64,000 nucleotides of DNA from Octopus vulgaris (taxonomy: Eukaryota). A program made the position numbers and the translations under genes. The DNA lies in the NCBI GenBank assembly GCA_951406725.2, contig OX597826.1, positions 76,942,001 to 77,006,000 of the forward strand, written 5' to 3'. The notes beneath the pieces were generated by a model. The model did no database searches. It had not been told where the DNA came from and saw only the letters and a list, made by a program, of their open reading frames with translations. Of the stretch, positions 24,502 to 38,529 are shown in pieces (positions within the stretch are counted from its first letter, which is position 1; each line of letters starts with the position of its first letter).

Positions 24502-24719
24502 AGGCGGCGAGCTATCAGAAACCTTAACAGGCCGGGCGAAATGCTTACCGACATTTCGTCTCTCATCACGTTCTGAGTTCAAATTCCGCTGAGGTCGACT
24601 ATGCCTTTCATCCTTTCGGGGCCGATGAATTATGTACCAGTGAAACACTGGGGGTCGATGTAACCGACTAGTCCCCTCCCCTAAAATTTCAGGCCTTGTG
24701 CCTTTAGTAGAAATGATTA
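24502..24719 (+). mobile_element. SINE family A (tail type 2), full length
   Basis: aggcggcgagct...gagttcaaattccgc...gcctttcatcctttcgggg...aatttcaggccttgtgcctttagtagaaa. Confidence 0.9.
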
Positions 24720-24863
24720 AAACTGAATATAAAAACAAACAATAACATATATGTGTGTGTATATATAATATATACATATATATATGTATATATATACATA
24801 TATATGTATATATATATATATATAATATATACATATATATATGTATATATATACATATATATG

Positions 24864-24904
<41 letters not shown>

Positions 24905-24984
24905 GTACATATATATATATGTATATATATATATATGTACATATATATATACATACATATATATATATATGTATGTATATGTAC

Positions 24985-25015
<31 letters not shown>

Positions 25016-25017
25016 TG

Positions 25018-25048
<31 letters not shown>

Positions 25049-25078
25049 ACATATATATATATACATATATATATATGT

Positions 25079-25127
<49 letters not shown>

Positions 25128-25872
25128 CAAATACATATATATGTATATATATATATATATATATATGTACATATATTTATATATCTTATACGTACTCTCA
25201 GACGGACGCATGTGTCTGTGTGTATGACTCTACCTGTTACACTACGTCAATAAAACTGAACTTGTTCTACTTAAAGAATCTCTACCTACACCAACCACTT
25301 GTCGTTGTTATTGTTGTTGTTGTTGTTCTTCTTCTTCTGGCAGCAGTTGTCTATTATTTTCTGTATGTCAGTTATTTGTCACTGTTGTTTGTTTGTTTTT
25401 TTTTCCTGTTGATAAATCTTTTTGTATTTCTGGTTATAATGGATTAATAATTTGTGTGTGTGTGTGTGTGTGTTTGACATTTTTTGCTTCAGTGTCTATA
25501 CATATGTGGGTATATGCGAGTTTTTTTTCAAATTTTCTTGTTGTTTGTGCTGTTTTACTTGTGCTTTTTTTTTGTTTTTGCCGATGTTCTTTTTAATACA
25601 TTATTTTTGTTTTCGTCTTTTTTTTTTCTTAATTTTTTTTTTTTCAGTTGTGAAATTTCGTACAAACAAATAAATAAATAACATAAACAAATAAATAATA
25701 TAAATAAATACATGTATAAATTAGTTCAGCAAATTGCTGTTTTCATTATTGGTTTTGTTGTTTCATTGTTATTATTTAACTTTATAATCATTTTAATTAT
25801 CATCAAAGTCTTTCTTAGGAATAAAGAAAACGTCGTAGAGTTTCATCATTATCATCAGGATTAACAAAATGA

Positions 25873-25917
<45 letters not shown>

Positions 25918-26018
25918 GGTTTCATTGTTTTTGGTTGAAACAATATAATTTTCTCATAAAAACATTCGTATGTCTGATTTTACACGCGCGCACAAAAAAA
26001 CACATACCCCATATAAGT

Positions 26019-26173
<155 letters not shown>

Positions 26174-26662
26174 TATATACATACGCACACACATACACAT
26201 ATATATTCACAAGTAGATGCATACATGTATATACATGCACGCGACTCTGTATTCTTTGCGCTTTTGTTGTGCTTCGTTTTTCGTATTTTTATCCGTTTCA
26301 CCTTTTCGTCTCTTCATGTCTCATATTTCATACATTATTTTTCAATCCCATTTTGATTTTCGTAAATGTTATGCAGCCATTTATACCACACACCTAATTC
26401 TCAATCCCCTCTCATATATATATATATATATACATACGTGTGTGAATGTGTGCGGCGTGTGTGTGTAATATATACCCACATCCATACATGCACAAGTACC
26501 TTTCTTGAAATGAATTGATGTATAGCGAAGGTCACACATATACATATTTATAAATATATATATACATACATATATATAAATTTGTATATACATACACATA
26601 TATAAATATATATATGCATACATATATATATATAAGTATATATATATATATATATATATAAG

Positions 26663-26696
<34 letters not shown>

Positions 26697-26754
26697 CACA
26701 TATATATATACATATACATATATACATGCATACATACATATATACATACTTCAT

Positions 26755-26823
<69 letters not shown>

Positions 26824-27034
26824 GCATGTATGTATATTGTACTGAAACAAAAATATTATTGGAAGTGTTTTCAAAGTTCCGGCCGGTTGAAACTTCGAAG
26901 CAAGTGTCAATAATATTCTTGTTTAATAAATAAAATAATTTCAATCTGGAAAAGCATAGAGGAACCAATCAAATTGATATAATATTTTTTTGAAATTAAA
27001 ACCGGACATAAAAACGAACATGATATATATGTAA

Positions 27035-27073
<39 letters not shown>

Positions 27074-27668
27074 GCATATATATGCATACATATATATATG
27101 AATGTATGTATGTATGTGTGTATACACGTTTATATGTGCGTGATAATATATGTGTATGCATATATGTTACATATGCACAAATATATACATTTTCACACAC
27201 ATACGTATAAATAATATACACCCCAAAAGAGAGGGAAACAGAGATGGCAATATATGAGTATACACTTCCAATGAAGGTTATATATGCAAATTTTGTATAC
27301 GTGAGTAAATGCGTTTGTGTGTGCGCATGCGTGCTATCTTTTCAGTTTTTTTTTTTTTTTGTATAAATAAGTATTTTACACATGTATTTTATGTGTGAGC
27401 TGTTTTTGCTTCACACACGCTCCGTTTTAAAGTTTCATTCGGCAGTATTTACCATTGTCTGCGAGCATTCCTGCAATATTGAGAGTATCTCCTCCATTTT
27501 ATTTTTCTTTCTTTATTTTGGTGTTTCGTATATTCTTGCTGCACACGATTATGAATTTATATGAGAGTAAAATCTTGTCCTTGCACCAACCAAATACACT
27601 TAATCATATGCCCATATACATTTGTGTGTTGCAGTATATATATTATATATATATGTATATATATTATA

Positions 27669-27708
<40 letters not shown>

Positions 27709-28067
27709 TATGTCTGTCTGTATATATATATATATATAAATATATGAATAAATACATATATGTATACATTGATATTCATATAAATATATTCATATATGTA
27801 TTTTACTCATGTATACATGCATATATATATATATATATTAGTGTGTGTGCGTGTATTTATACATATGTATTTGTTTTTTTCTGAATGTGTGTCTGTGTAT
27901 ACTTCTTTGTATACTCAATTATTTTTCGTCATTCTTGGTAAACGATTGACAACACAGATGGGGAATGTGAGAGTATATGTTCTATAAATATGAATACATG
28001 TGTGTATATATACATTCATGCATATACAGACGCATATATATATACATATATATATACACACATATAT

Positions 28068-28146
<79 letters not shown>

Positions 28147-28314
28147 TATATAGAGATAAATACATACGTGTATACATATACATATATGACTGTATGGTAC
28201 TCATACATATATTGATATATATATATACATGTATGTATACATACCCGCGTATGTATATATATTTTTTAGTAAGTGCAAATGTCATAGTGCGTTATAAATA
28301 AATATATGCAATTT

Positions 28315-29214
28315 TCAGTGTGACGCAGCCGCAGAAAATTTCATTCTTTTCTGCTTTTGTCTTTGGTTACAAAACCAAACTCGAACTACATTTTTTTTCA
28401 AGTCCAACTTTTCTGCGATTTGGGCGATTTTTTCCCCCGAAGGTCTTGGTTGTACGGCAAAGTAGGCTTCAAGCGATCGCTTCTCCGGAGCTGCTATAGA
28501 CGTTCTTTTCCTTTTCTTTTCGCCGTGAATAGGCATCACCCCAGTCTCTCCTTCAACTTTCTTCTCTCTTGCCTGTTTCTCTGCTTCTTCTAGCCACGCC
28601 TGTAATACAGGTTTTAATGCAATCATATTGTTGTGACTCAACGTCAACGATTCGAAACGGCAGATAGTACTCTGACTGAGTGAACCTACGCCTGGAAGTT
28701 TCAGGTTAGCCAGGGCACTGCCTACATCTGCTTGAGTCACTCCGAGTTTGATTCGACGTTGTTTGAAGCGCTCGGCGAACGCTTCTAATTCTCGTGGGTC
28801 GCAGTCGGAATTTCTCATGCTCGAATGATGCACTCCTGGGTGATGAGCCGTTATGGTGTGGTGGGTATTCATGGTATTTTGATGAGTACTATACATCGGA
28901 GTGTACATCTGATGATTGTGATGGCCATGAGAACTGGCGCTTGGGTGGTGTTCCGGCATACTACCGAACGGCATGCCGCCGGCGTTGGTTGTGAGTTGGT
29001 CCAGCATCGTGTCCGTATTTGGACCAAAACTGTGAAGTGCCGAAGACATTTGACTCCGCGAAGTATTCGGTGTGTGTCCAGCAAAGTCCGAATGTCCGTA
29101 TATACTGTCATGTTTCATTATTTGCGGTGATGTGGTTTTCGTGATGTCTACGGCGGCCAGTGCTTCTGCACGAGCAAGGAGCCCTCCATCGTCAAAACCT
29201 CCAAATATGTTGCT
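28315..29214 (-). CDS. POU4: Class IV POU-domain transcription factor (Brn3/acj6/unc-86 family), last coding exon (phase 0, 299 codons + stop)
   Basis: Minus-strand acceptor ttttcttgtattttccag|AGC starts the exon at 29214, in frame with the ORF ATG at 29118. It reads SNIFGGFDDGGLLARAEALAAVDITK (POU-IV box), a His-rich segment, the POU-specific domain DPRELEAFAERFKQRRIKLGVTQADVG...LSQSTICRFESLTLSHNNMIALKP, and the homeodomain KKRKRTSIAAPEKRSLEAYFAVQPRPSGEKIAQIAEKLDLKKNVVRVWFCNQRQKQKR. TGA stop at 28317-28315. Confidence 0.97.
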   Translation of the reverse strand, partial: SNIFGGFDDGGLLARAEALAAVDITKTTSPQIMKHDSIYGHSDFAGHTPNTSRSQMSSALHSFGPNTDTMLDQLTTNAGGMPFGSMPEHHPSASSHGHHNHQMYTPMYSTHQNTMNTHHTITAHHPGVHHSSMRNSDCDPRELEAFAERFKQRRIKLGVTQADVGSALANLKLPGVGSLSQSTICRFESLTLSHNNMIALKPVLQAWLEEAEKQAREKKVEGETGVMPIHGEKKRKRTSIAAPEKRSLEAYFAVQPRPSGEKIAQIAEKLDLKKNVVRVWFCNQRQKQKRMKFSAAASH

Positions 29215-30295
29215 CTGGAAAATACAAGAAAATAAAATACATTAAGAATTATAATAAAAAAAAGAAAGACGAATAATCAAAGAGATTACAATACTCTATA
29301 GAATAGAACATAAGAAAATAAAGCAGGGATTTGCAAAAACTCTGCCATGCATTTCGACTGAGAAAAGTTTTAAAAAGTGTTTTACAGGGATTAATATTAA
29401 ATGTAATCTAATCTGAAATGCATTGCCGTAGCTTTCTAAATTACTAGCACACACACACACACGTATAAGCATATACATACATACGCATAAGTATATGTTA
29501 TACATATAAAGAGAGAGAGAGAGAGAGAGAGGAAGAAAGGTAGAGATTGGGGAAAGGAGAAAATGAGATTATATTAACATATAAGAAATGTAAAATTTTC
29601 GATGACTTGAGAAAAAAAGAAAGTAAAAAGAGAAAGCAAAAAGAAAGAGAGAAGAATATAATTGGTTCGTGGGTTTTTTTTTCCTTTACTGTCTTCCTTA
29701 TTAAGCAATCAACCGCACACTTGTTTCTAGCAGTCTCATATAAACAACAGACATGTTGCACCGTATCTGTTTAAGGTGACATTGGAATGAATATAAGAAT
29801 TGGGACATGAGAATATAAATAAACATTTCAACAACTGAATTCCTAATTAAGCTAAATTATAGAATTCCATTTGGCTTGGTTTATTATCCACTCTTCTTTG
29901 ATTGTCACAGAAGCATGCATGAATGAAAGTCAACGAACACACGCACACATACACACTCACACATACACATATATAATCGGGACATTATGAGGAAGAAAGA
30001 GAATTATACACTTTCAAAACTTGTTTATTAAGTATCGTTCTCATTAAATTCGCATTACATTCCAATCGGACATGTGTTTCTGCTGCGTAAGAGTCCAAAT
30101 GCATTTATCTGCATTTAGCTGGTCAGCTGCAGTACTTATTGATCCAGAGTAGACATTTCTAGGCAGCTTTGTTTTAAGTTTTATCTATGCAGATAACAGA
30201 AGCGAACTCGGGAATTCAATGCTTGATAGTCCTTCTTAAAATCTATCATCTAACACAAATTTATTGAGAATAATATAATATATTTGTGTAACTCT

Positions 30296-30845
30296 CGACG
30301 CCAAAGTTTGGGACAAGTCCTTCCAGGATCTTCCAGATGTATATGATGGCATATCATTCTCGCTACGCTCTAAGGAATAGCGTCTTAATCTCTTGAGTCT
30401 TTACCAGTAGCTTATCTACTGCATATAGGCTATCGCCTTCGTGTAGCGTCGTTGGATTGCCTCAAGTTCTGCTATTAATTTTACACTGGTTAGTGTCCAT
30501 AGCTTGGAGCAATAGTGAAAGCGGCTTAGGACAAATGTCCTCCAGAGGACCATCATTATTTCCTGATCACTCGTTATAAAATTGCTAAGAATCAATCCGG
30601 CGGTCAGCTGCCTGCATTTCCTTGCCTGTTTAGCAACATGCACATGGAAGGATGCATCGTTTATCATGAAATGCCCAGGTCTCGCACTGACTGTGTCTCT
30701 GGGATTGCTATCTCTCCAGGTCCAGTGTATTTAATTCGTATTGCATTTAGCTGATAGCACAAGGCTTGAAACTTTTCAGCGTTAAACTGCATGCTATCCT
30801 ACTCAGCCCACTTGTATATTTCATCCAACTCACATTGCAGGTGCT
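30296..30845 (-). pseudogene. CR1/L2-group LINE RT C-terminal fragment
   Basis: LQCELDEIYKWAE*DSMQFNAEKF ... LEAIQRRYTKAI ... SYW*RLKRLRRYSLER ... YAIIYIWKILEGLVPN, with in-frame stops. Confidence 0.85.
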
Positions 30846-31324
30846 GCCAAAAAAGGAAACAATACAGCCATTCTGTGATGGTCTGGGGAGCAATTTGGAG
30901 CAATGGACAATCAGAGTTGGTGAAGTGCGATAGAAACAAACATAAACTCAGATAAATGTGTGTCCATATTTCAGAAAGGACTTCTCCAATGGTGAAATGA
31001 TTAAAAAAGACTCTTTATTTATGGAAGATGAAGCTCCTTGTCACACAGCTTAAAAGACTCAAGACTGGTTGGAAAAGAATGGCATTAAAAAACTTCCATG
31101 GCCAAGCCAGTCGCCAGATATGAATCCTATTGAACACCTCTGGGGCATAATGGACAGGACACTTCATATCAAGGACAAGAAAGCATCCACAATGCCAGAT
31201 CTTTTGAGATTACGGCGTGAAACTTGGCAATAGAATACTTCCCCAACAGAATACTCGTCATCTGATCAGCAGCGCACCTTATGGGATCCTTGCATTGGAA
31301 AATGCAAATGTCTACTAAATAGTA
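30846..31324 (+). pseudogene. Tc1-family (DD34E) transposase C-terminal fragment
   Basis: SVMVWGAIW ... [44 protein letters not shown]. There are 34 residues between the second D and the E, with a stop and frameshifts. Confidence 0.9.
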
Positions 31325-31527
31325 AATATTCACATTATAATAATTAATTAATAATTTGAATGTATAACTTTAGATTTAAATAAACTTTTATGATTATAAG
31401 TTTGTCTATTTACTTCTGCCATGTCTGTATGTATAAATATATGTATATATATACATTATATATGTGTCTATACACAGATATAGACATGCACACAAACGCA
31501 CACACACACACACATACAGACACACAC

Positions 31528-31581
<54 letters not shown>

Positions 31582-31623
31582 ATATATATATTTATATATA
31601 TATATATGTATGTATATATAATT

Positions 31624-31655
<32 letters not shown>

Positions 31656-32255
31656 GATAGATATAGATAGAAAGATAGATATAGACATATATGTGTATAT
31701 ATATATATTTATACATACATACTCCTTTACTCGTTTCAGCCATGTGGCTGTGGTCATGCTAGAGCACCGCCGTCTGTCCATGTATGAGTATCATGTGCAT
31801 ATTATGTTTATTCGTGTATGATAAGCTGTCTGCTACAAAAGGAGACAAACAGAGTAAGAAATAAGAAGCAAAATAGAGAAGCAGAGTGTGAGGTAGGAAA
31901 AACCCATCGGAGACCAAAAGTGCTGAGCTTAGTAAACGAGAAAGAAAGAAACAAAGAAAAGGGATGGGAACAGAAAAGGAAGGAAAAGTAGTGAGGGTAC
32001 CGCTGGTGTTTCTATGTGGAGAAATGAATAGAGAGATTGGGAGATAGGGAGATTGTTGTCGGTATGTTGGTGATGATGAGGGCGACGGTGTTGATGCTGG
32101 TGGCAACGGTGGTAGTCGTCATCGTGGTGTTGGTTGTTATTGATATCGATAATACAACATATCGTTTGACATTTAATAATAATGAATGGAAAGTAGCTGT
32201 CCTGTTTTATGTGCATACACACTCCTCACACACACACACACACATACATAGATGC

Positions 32256-32299
<44 letters not shown>

Positions 32300-32342
32300 A
32301 TACATAAGTATGTATATATATATTTATATATATATATATAAA

Positions 32343-32386
<44 letters not shown>

Positions 32387-32476
32387 TACATACATAAGTC
32401 ACATACACATCTTTATGCATGTGTGCATGCGTGTAAATATGTGTATATATATATATGTACGTATACACACATATGC

Positions 32477-32523
<47 letters not shown>

Positions 32524-32562
32524 TAAATATATATATATATATGTATATATATATACATATAA

Positions 32563-32593
<31 letters not shown>

Positions 32594-32621
32594 TGTATAT
32601 ATATATATGTATATATATAAC

Positions 32622-32715
<94 letters not shown>

Positions 32716-33227
32716 ACGAACATATATATTTATGGATATGTATATACATATATATGTATAGATGTATGTATAAGTGGGTGCATGTGCGTGTGTGTATATC
32801 TGAGTTATATATATATATGTATAACTGTGTATGTGTATGTACGTACGTATGTATGTATGTATGTAAGGCAGCGAATTGGCAGCGGAATCTTTAGAGAAGA
32901 GAACAGAATATTTGGCCACCATATTTGAGCTGGCTCTGAACACTTCAGACTTGTAGCTTCCTGAGGTCATCTTAATCTCATACACTTTTCAGGTCAGTAT
33001 AAGAACAGTAGCAACCCCGGGAATTGGACTTGGTGAAATGTTAAAGCATTAGACACCATGTCTAGCGGAACCCATAACGATTCTTAGGATTCCAACCACA
33101 ACTCCTTAAGTGACGCTGGTAACATTCGGTATCGAGATCGGCTTTTCCTTTTGTATCAGAAACACAGAGAAGTGAATGGCCCAGGTATACGTAGGCAACT
33201 ACTTGCCTTCCTCAAAAATCATTGTCC

Positions 33228-33636
33228 GTGGCTGTGTGGTAAGTAGCTTGCTTACCAACCACATGGTTCCGGGTTCAGTCCCACTGCGTGGCATCTTGGG
33301 CAAGTGTCTTCTACTATAGCCTCGGGCCGACCAAAGCCTTGTGAGTGGATTTGGTAGACGGAAACTGAAAGAAGCCCGTCGTATATATGTATGTATATAT
33401 ATATGTGTGTGTGTGTATGTTTGTGTGTCTGTGTTTGTCCCCCTAGCATTGCTTGACAACCGATGCAGGTGTGTTTACGTCGCCGTCACTTAGCGGTTCG
33501 GCAAAAGAGAGCGATAGAGTAAGTACTGGGCTTACAAAAGAATAAGTCCCGGGGTCGATTTGCTCGACTAAAGGCGGTGCTCCAGCATGGCCGCAGTCAA
33601 ATGACTGAAACAAGTAAAAGAGTAAAAGAGTAAAGA
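33228..33636 (+). mobile_element. SINE family B, near full length
   Basis: gtggctgtgtggtaagtagcttgc...gggttcagtccc...ggcatcttgggcaagtg...ggcggtgctccagcatggccgcagtc...aagtaaaagagtaaaagag. Confidence 0.92.
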
Positions 33637-34402
33637 ATATGTTCTGCTGCTCGGAGTATAACTTTTGGAATACAGAAACCCTCGACCAGCTCTGCTTGGA
33701 AGAGACTTTAAAGATATGTGTTTATGTGTTCGTCCGTCGGAGCGACAACGATCTTCTAGCCATACTTAAGGATGACTTATAACTCGCTCGGTGACTCTGT
33801 ATTGTGTGAAGAAGAGTTGCGCACCGTCAACCTCTCTTTCTTGTCCATCTATAATAATCCAGTGACAAGACCAGGCCAAGATGATGATGGATGCAGTGGA
33901 TCACCAAGGTGTCTTTCTTGCCTCATCTTGCTCTCTGCAATCCACAATGCATTGCTGCAGTCGCCTTCTCCTCCCTTGAACCATGAAGATTTCTTCTGAA
34001 CATCCGCCGGACCCAGTCGTCTCACCCTAATATGCCTATGTATATACCTACACACAAAAAATATCTATATTCATGTAATTACGTATATGCATATGTGTGG
34101 GGCTTGCATATTGATAATTTATAGTCAACTTGAGCTCTTCGTTTTGGTTATTTCTTTCTATATTTTGAATTTTGATTGTAATTGTATTTTGTCACTATAT
34201 TTATTGGTTTGGTTTGGTCTGTAAACTGTTGAATATTACACACCACTTTGGATAAATATTCTCTGAGTGAAATGAGGTAGGACCTAACGAAAGGCTTATT
34301 TTTAAAAATCAGCTGAGGCAGCTTGGGTGTCTACTGTAGCGTTGGGCCAACCAAAGCCTAGTGAGTGGCTTCGATAGACAGAAACTGAAAGATGCCTGTC
34401 GT

Positions 34403-34446
<44 letters not shown>

Positions 34447-34855
34447 GAAATGTAGCAATTATATTCGCTTCAGAAAGACAAGAATAAAGTTTAGTAATTA
34501 AGGTTAAATGAAGAGAAAAAGATGAGAAGAGAGATGAATGAATCTGAAATAAAATATAAAACAGATCTACCGTAGATCTAAAACTGAGAATGTTGCGGTT
34601 GTTGAGAGAAAATATTGAAACCACAGAAGAGATAAGTTAGAGAGAAAAGAATTGAGGTAATAGTAAAAAGTACACTTCGTACAGAAATATGCGAGTTACC
34701 AAAAGAAATATTCAAAAAAATTCGGCTTCATAAGTAGGACTTTCGAATGTCTAAAATCTTTGTGAATCAATCTACGAAACGTTTAATGTACACCAACATA
34801 TATTTGTTGTCATGCCTGCATTTGGAAACTATATCGCTTCTTTGCACTTTACATA

Positions 34856-35055
34856 CTTTCTTTTATTTGTTTCAGTCATTTGACTGCGGCCATGCTGGAC
34901 CGCCGCCTTTAGTCGAACAAATCGACCCCAGGACTTATTCTTTGTAATCCTAGTACTTATTCTATAGGTGTCTTTTGCCGAACCGCTAAATTACATCAAC
35001 ACACCAACATCAGATGTCAAGCGATGGTGGGGGTACAAACACAGATATACAAACA

Positions 35056-35109
<54 letters not shown>

Positions 35110-35280
35110 CACATATACACATACGACAGGTTTCTTTCAGTTTCCATCTTCCAAGTCCACTCGCAAGGCTTTGGTCGGCCGGTGGCTATAGTAGAAGACA
35201 CTTGCCCAAGGTGCCACGCAGTGGGACTGAACCCGGAACCATGTGGTTCTTAAGCAAGCTACTTACCACACAGCCACTCC
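34856..35280 (-). mobile_element. SINE family B, full length
   Basis: Reverse complement of 33228-33636 along its whole length, with a longer internal (CA)n. Confidence 0.9.
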
Positions 35281-35674
35281 ACAGCATACAAACTGGCATA
35301 CAGATACATACAATACATACATATATGTATATACATGTATGTATATGAGTGTGTTTTTTGGTGTGTGAGTATATATGCAGATATATATGCATGTATGTAT
35401 AAACAAAGACATAAACGCAAACAAACGCCCACTCATACAGATTAAAATGTATTTACATACCTATGTATGTATGTGTGTGTGTATTTGTGTTTGTGTGTAT
35501 ATGTGTGTGTGTGTCAATGTTATATATTTATATTTATATACAGACACATACAAATATGCTCACTAAAAGCATCATCATCATCTACATAATGACTGGTAAA
35601 AAGTATTTGAATATATATATATACATAAATATCAGCGCGATTTTCTTTACAACCTTCCCTATCACTACGACCTT

Positions 35675-35677
35675 TAC

Positions 35678-35727
<50 letters not shown>

Positions 35728-36150
35728 ATCTGAACTACAAACCATCCAACAACAATACAAACGTTAGCAATACCATGATCTTCATCACCACCATCATAAT
35801 CATCATTAATATCATCAGCATCGTCATATCATCATCATCGTCACTACCATCACCAACACCATCATCATAATCATCATTACTATCACCACCACCACCACCA
35901 TCATTATCGTCATCATTATTATCACCATCCTCATTATGAGAGTTTTTTTTTTTTCATTTTCATCGATGAAACGAAGAGGGAAATTACCACAGCAACAACC
36001 ACCACCACCATCGCCGCCACCACCACCAGGCACCACCCCCAGGCACAACACTACCAATAACACCACCATCACCGCGCGAACACACCTCGTCCATCACCGC
36101 AGTCGCCGCAGACAACCATCGCGATAACCGCCGCCATCATCATCACCAGC
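35675..36150. repeat. (CAT)n/(CAC)n low-complexity tract
   Basis: Directly visible. Opposite-polarity (GAT/GGT/AGT)n tracts lie at 37235-37560 and 37675-37810. Confidence 0.9.
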
Positions 36151-36484
36151 AGCAACGAGGGAGACAGCGTTTCGTTTTGTAAATACCAAAGCAACATGTT
36201 TTGCCGGCATGTTAAGATGAATATAAATGTCTATGTGGCTTACAATGCTCCGTGTGTGTGTCTGTGGCTGTTTCCCGATGCGCACATGGCCATCTGCAAA
36301 TGGCTATGAATACGTATATATACGTTCGATGCGTGAATATATAGACGCCGCTTATATATGATTTATACGAGTATGCAACTGTGTATGAAATAAATAGTGT
36401 GCGTATCGATATATAGTTATACGCATGTGTGTGTGTATACATATATGTATATATAAATATGTATATTTATGCATATATATATAT

Positions 36485-36571
<87 letters not shown>

Positions 36572-36580
36572 TGTATATAT

Positions 36581-36813
36581 AAGGCGGCGAGCTGGCAGAA
36601 ACGTTAGCACGCCGGGCGAAAGGCGTAGCAGTATTTCGTCTGTCGTTACGTTCTGAGTTCAAATTCCGCCGAGGTCGACTTTGCCTTTCATCCTTTCGGG
36701 GTCGATAAATCAAGTACCAGTTGCGTACTAGGGTCGATGTAATCGACTTAATCCATTTGTCTGTCCTTGTTTGTCTTCTCTGTATTTAGCCCCTTGTGGG
36801 TAGTAAAGAAATA
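36581..36813 (+). mobile_element. SINE family A (tail type 1), full length
   Basis: aaggcggcgagctggcagaaacgttagc...gagttcaaattcc...tagtaaagaaata. Confidence 0.92.
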
Positions 36814-36816
36814 AGT

Positions 36817-36847
<31 letters not shown>

Positions 36848-37776
36848 GGTATATATGTGTGTGTGTACGTATGTATATGCTTGTATGTATGTATATGCAT
36901 GTATATATATATATATATTTATATATACTTATGTATGTATGTATATAAGTATATGTGTGTGTGCGTGTGTATAAAAGGTATATATACAATATATGTGCGT
37001 TTGTATATATGTGTCTATGTATGTATAAATACTCATCGTTATGAAAACATATTCGTTCATGACTGCGGACATGAGAACAAAAAACCGCGTCTATAAGCGT
37101 GGGTCTGCTGGTGTTTGTGAAATTAGGAATGTCAGTCTGTTTTAGAGGGCGATCAATGCGCGGCAGGGGATCGAACGTGGGACGGTTGGTGTTGAAATGG
37201 AATACATTCAGGATGAAATGAATTGGTTTTTAGTGACGACAATGACGACGTCGACGACGATGATACTGATGATGATGAGGATGATGATGATGATGAGGAG
37301 GAGGAGGATGACGACGATGATGGTAGTTGATGATTTTTGGAAAAAGATGGTGACGTTTTTTGGTAGTTTTGGCACTGGTAGCCAAACTGGTGGGAGTGAT
37401 GACGATAGTAGTAGTAGTAGTAGTAGTAGTATAGGTGGTGGTGGTGGTAGTAGTAGTGGTAGTGGCAATAATAGTGGTATTGGTTGTAGTAGTGGCAGTA
37501 GTAATAGTAGTAGTATCGGTGGTGGTGGTGGTGGTGGTGTGGTGTTGTCGGTGGTGAAGGAGATAATGATGGCGAAGTTCGATAACATGACAACAGTGTA
37601 AATGCGTGACAATGGTTCTAAACACTGTAGGGAGCGATTTTTAATGATGGATAAGTGTTAATGTTCTGGTTTAGATAATGATGCTGATGATGGAAGATGA
37701 CAACACGGACAATAGCGACAACGGCGGCAGTGGTGGTGGTGGTCGTCGTCGTCGTCGTAGTAGTAGTGATGATGAC

Positions 37777-37807
<31 letters not shown>

Positions 37808-38033
37808 TTCCTAAAATTTATGGCAACATTTCGAGAGTATATTAATGAGAGAAATAACAGTGACATCAAACGTAGTGACCACCACAAAAAATGCAATGCA
37901 AGCCTGGAAGGGGAGACACTGGAAACGGCAACAGCAAAAACATCAGCAACAACATATTCCACAACACGAATAACAACAACAATAACATCAAGAAGAAGAG
38001 TTACTTGGAAAATTTAAATAAAACTCATAAACA

Positions 38034-38529
38034 GTTTCAGTCCCACTACGTGGCACCTTGAGCAAGTGTTTCTACTATTGCCTCGGGCCTACAAAAGCCT
38101 TACCGGTGGATTTGGTAGACGGAAAATGAAAGAAACCCCTCGTGTGTGTATACATATATACACGATTAACGGTATTTCGTCTGCCGTTACGTTCTGCGTT
38201 CAAATTCCGCCGAGTTCGACTTTGCCTTTCATCATTTCGGGGTCGATAAATAAGGTACCAGTTTCGCACTGGGGTCGATGTAATCGACTTGATCCCTTTG
38301 CCTGTCCCTGTTTGTGCCCTCTATGTTTAGCCCCATGTGGGCAATAAAGAAATATATATATATATATATATGTAGTACAGCAGGGTTCGCCACCAGCCCC
38401 TGCCGGAACCTCGTGGTGCTTTATGTGTTTTCGCTTAATAATCACTCACAACACCTGGTCTGGGAATTCGAAACTGCGATCCCACGACCGCGAGTCCTCT
38501 GCCCTAAACACTGGGCCATTGTGCCTCCA
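38034..38529. mobile_element. SINE cluster: family B fragment (38034-38150, +), 5'-truncated family A (38171-38352, +), family D head (38372-38529, -)
   Basis: Each segment matches the corresponding full-length copy elsewhere in this window. Confidence 0.85.

Noticed and set aside
28315-29118. ORF-track start at the ATG at 29118 as the true POU4 start
   Set aside because: The conserved POU-IV box continues in frame to a splice acceptor at 29214, so this ATG is internal (though a short isoform cannot be excluded).
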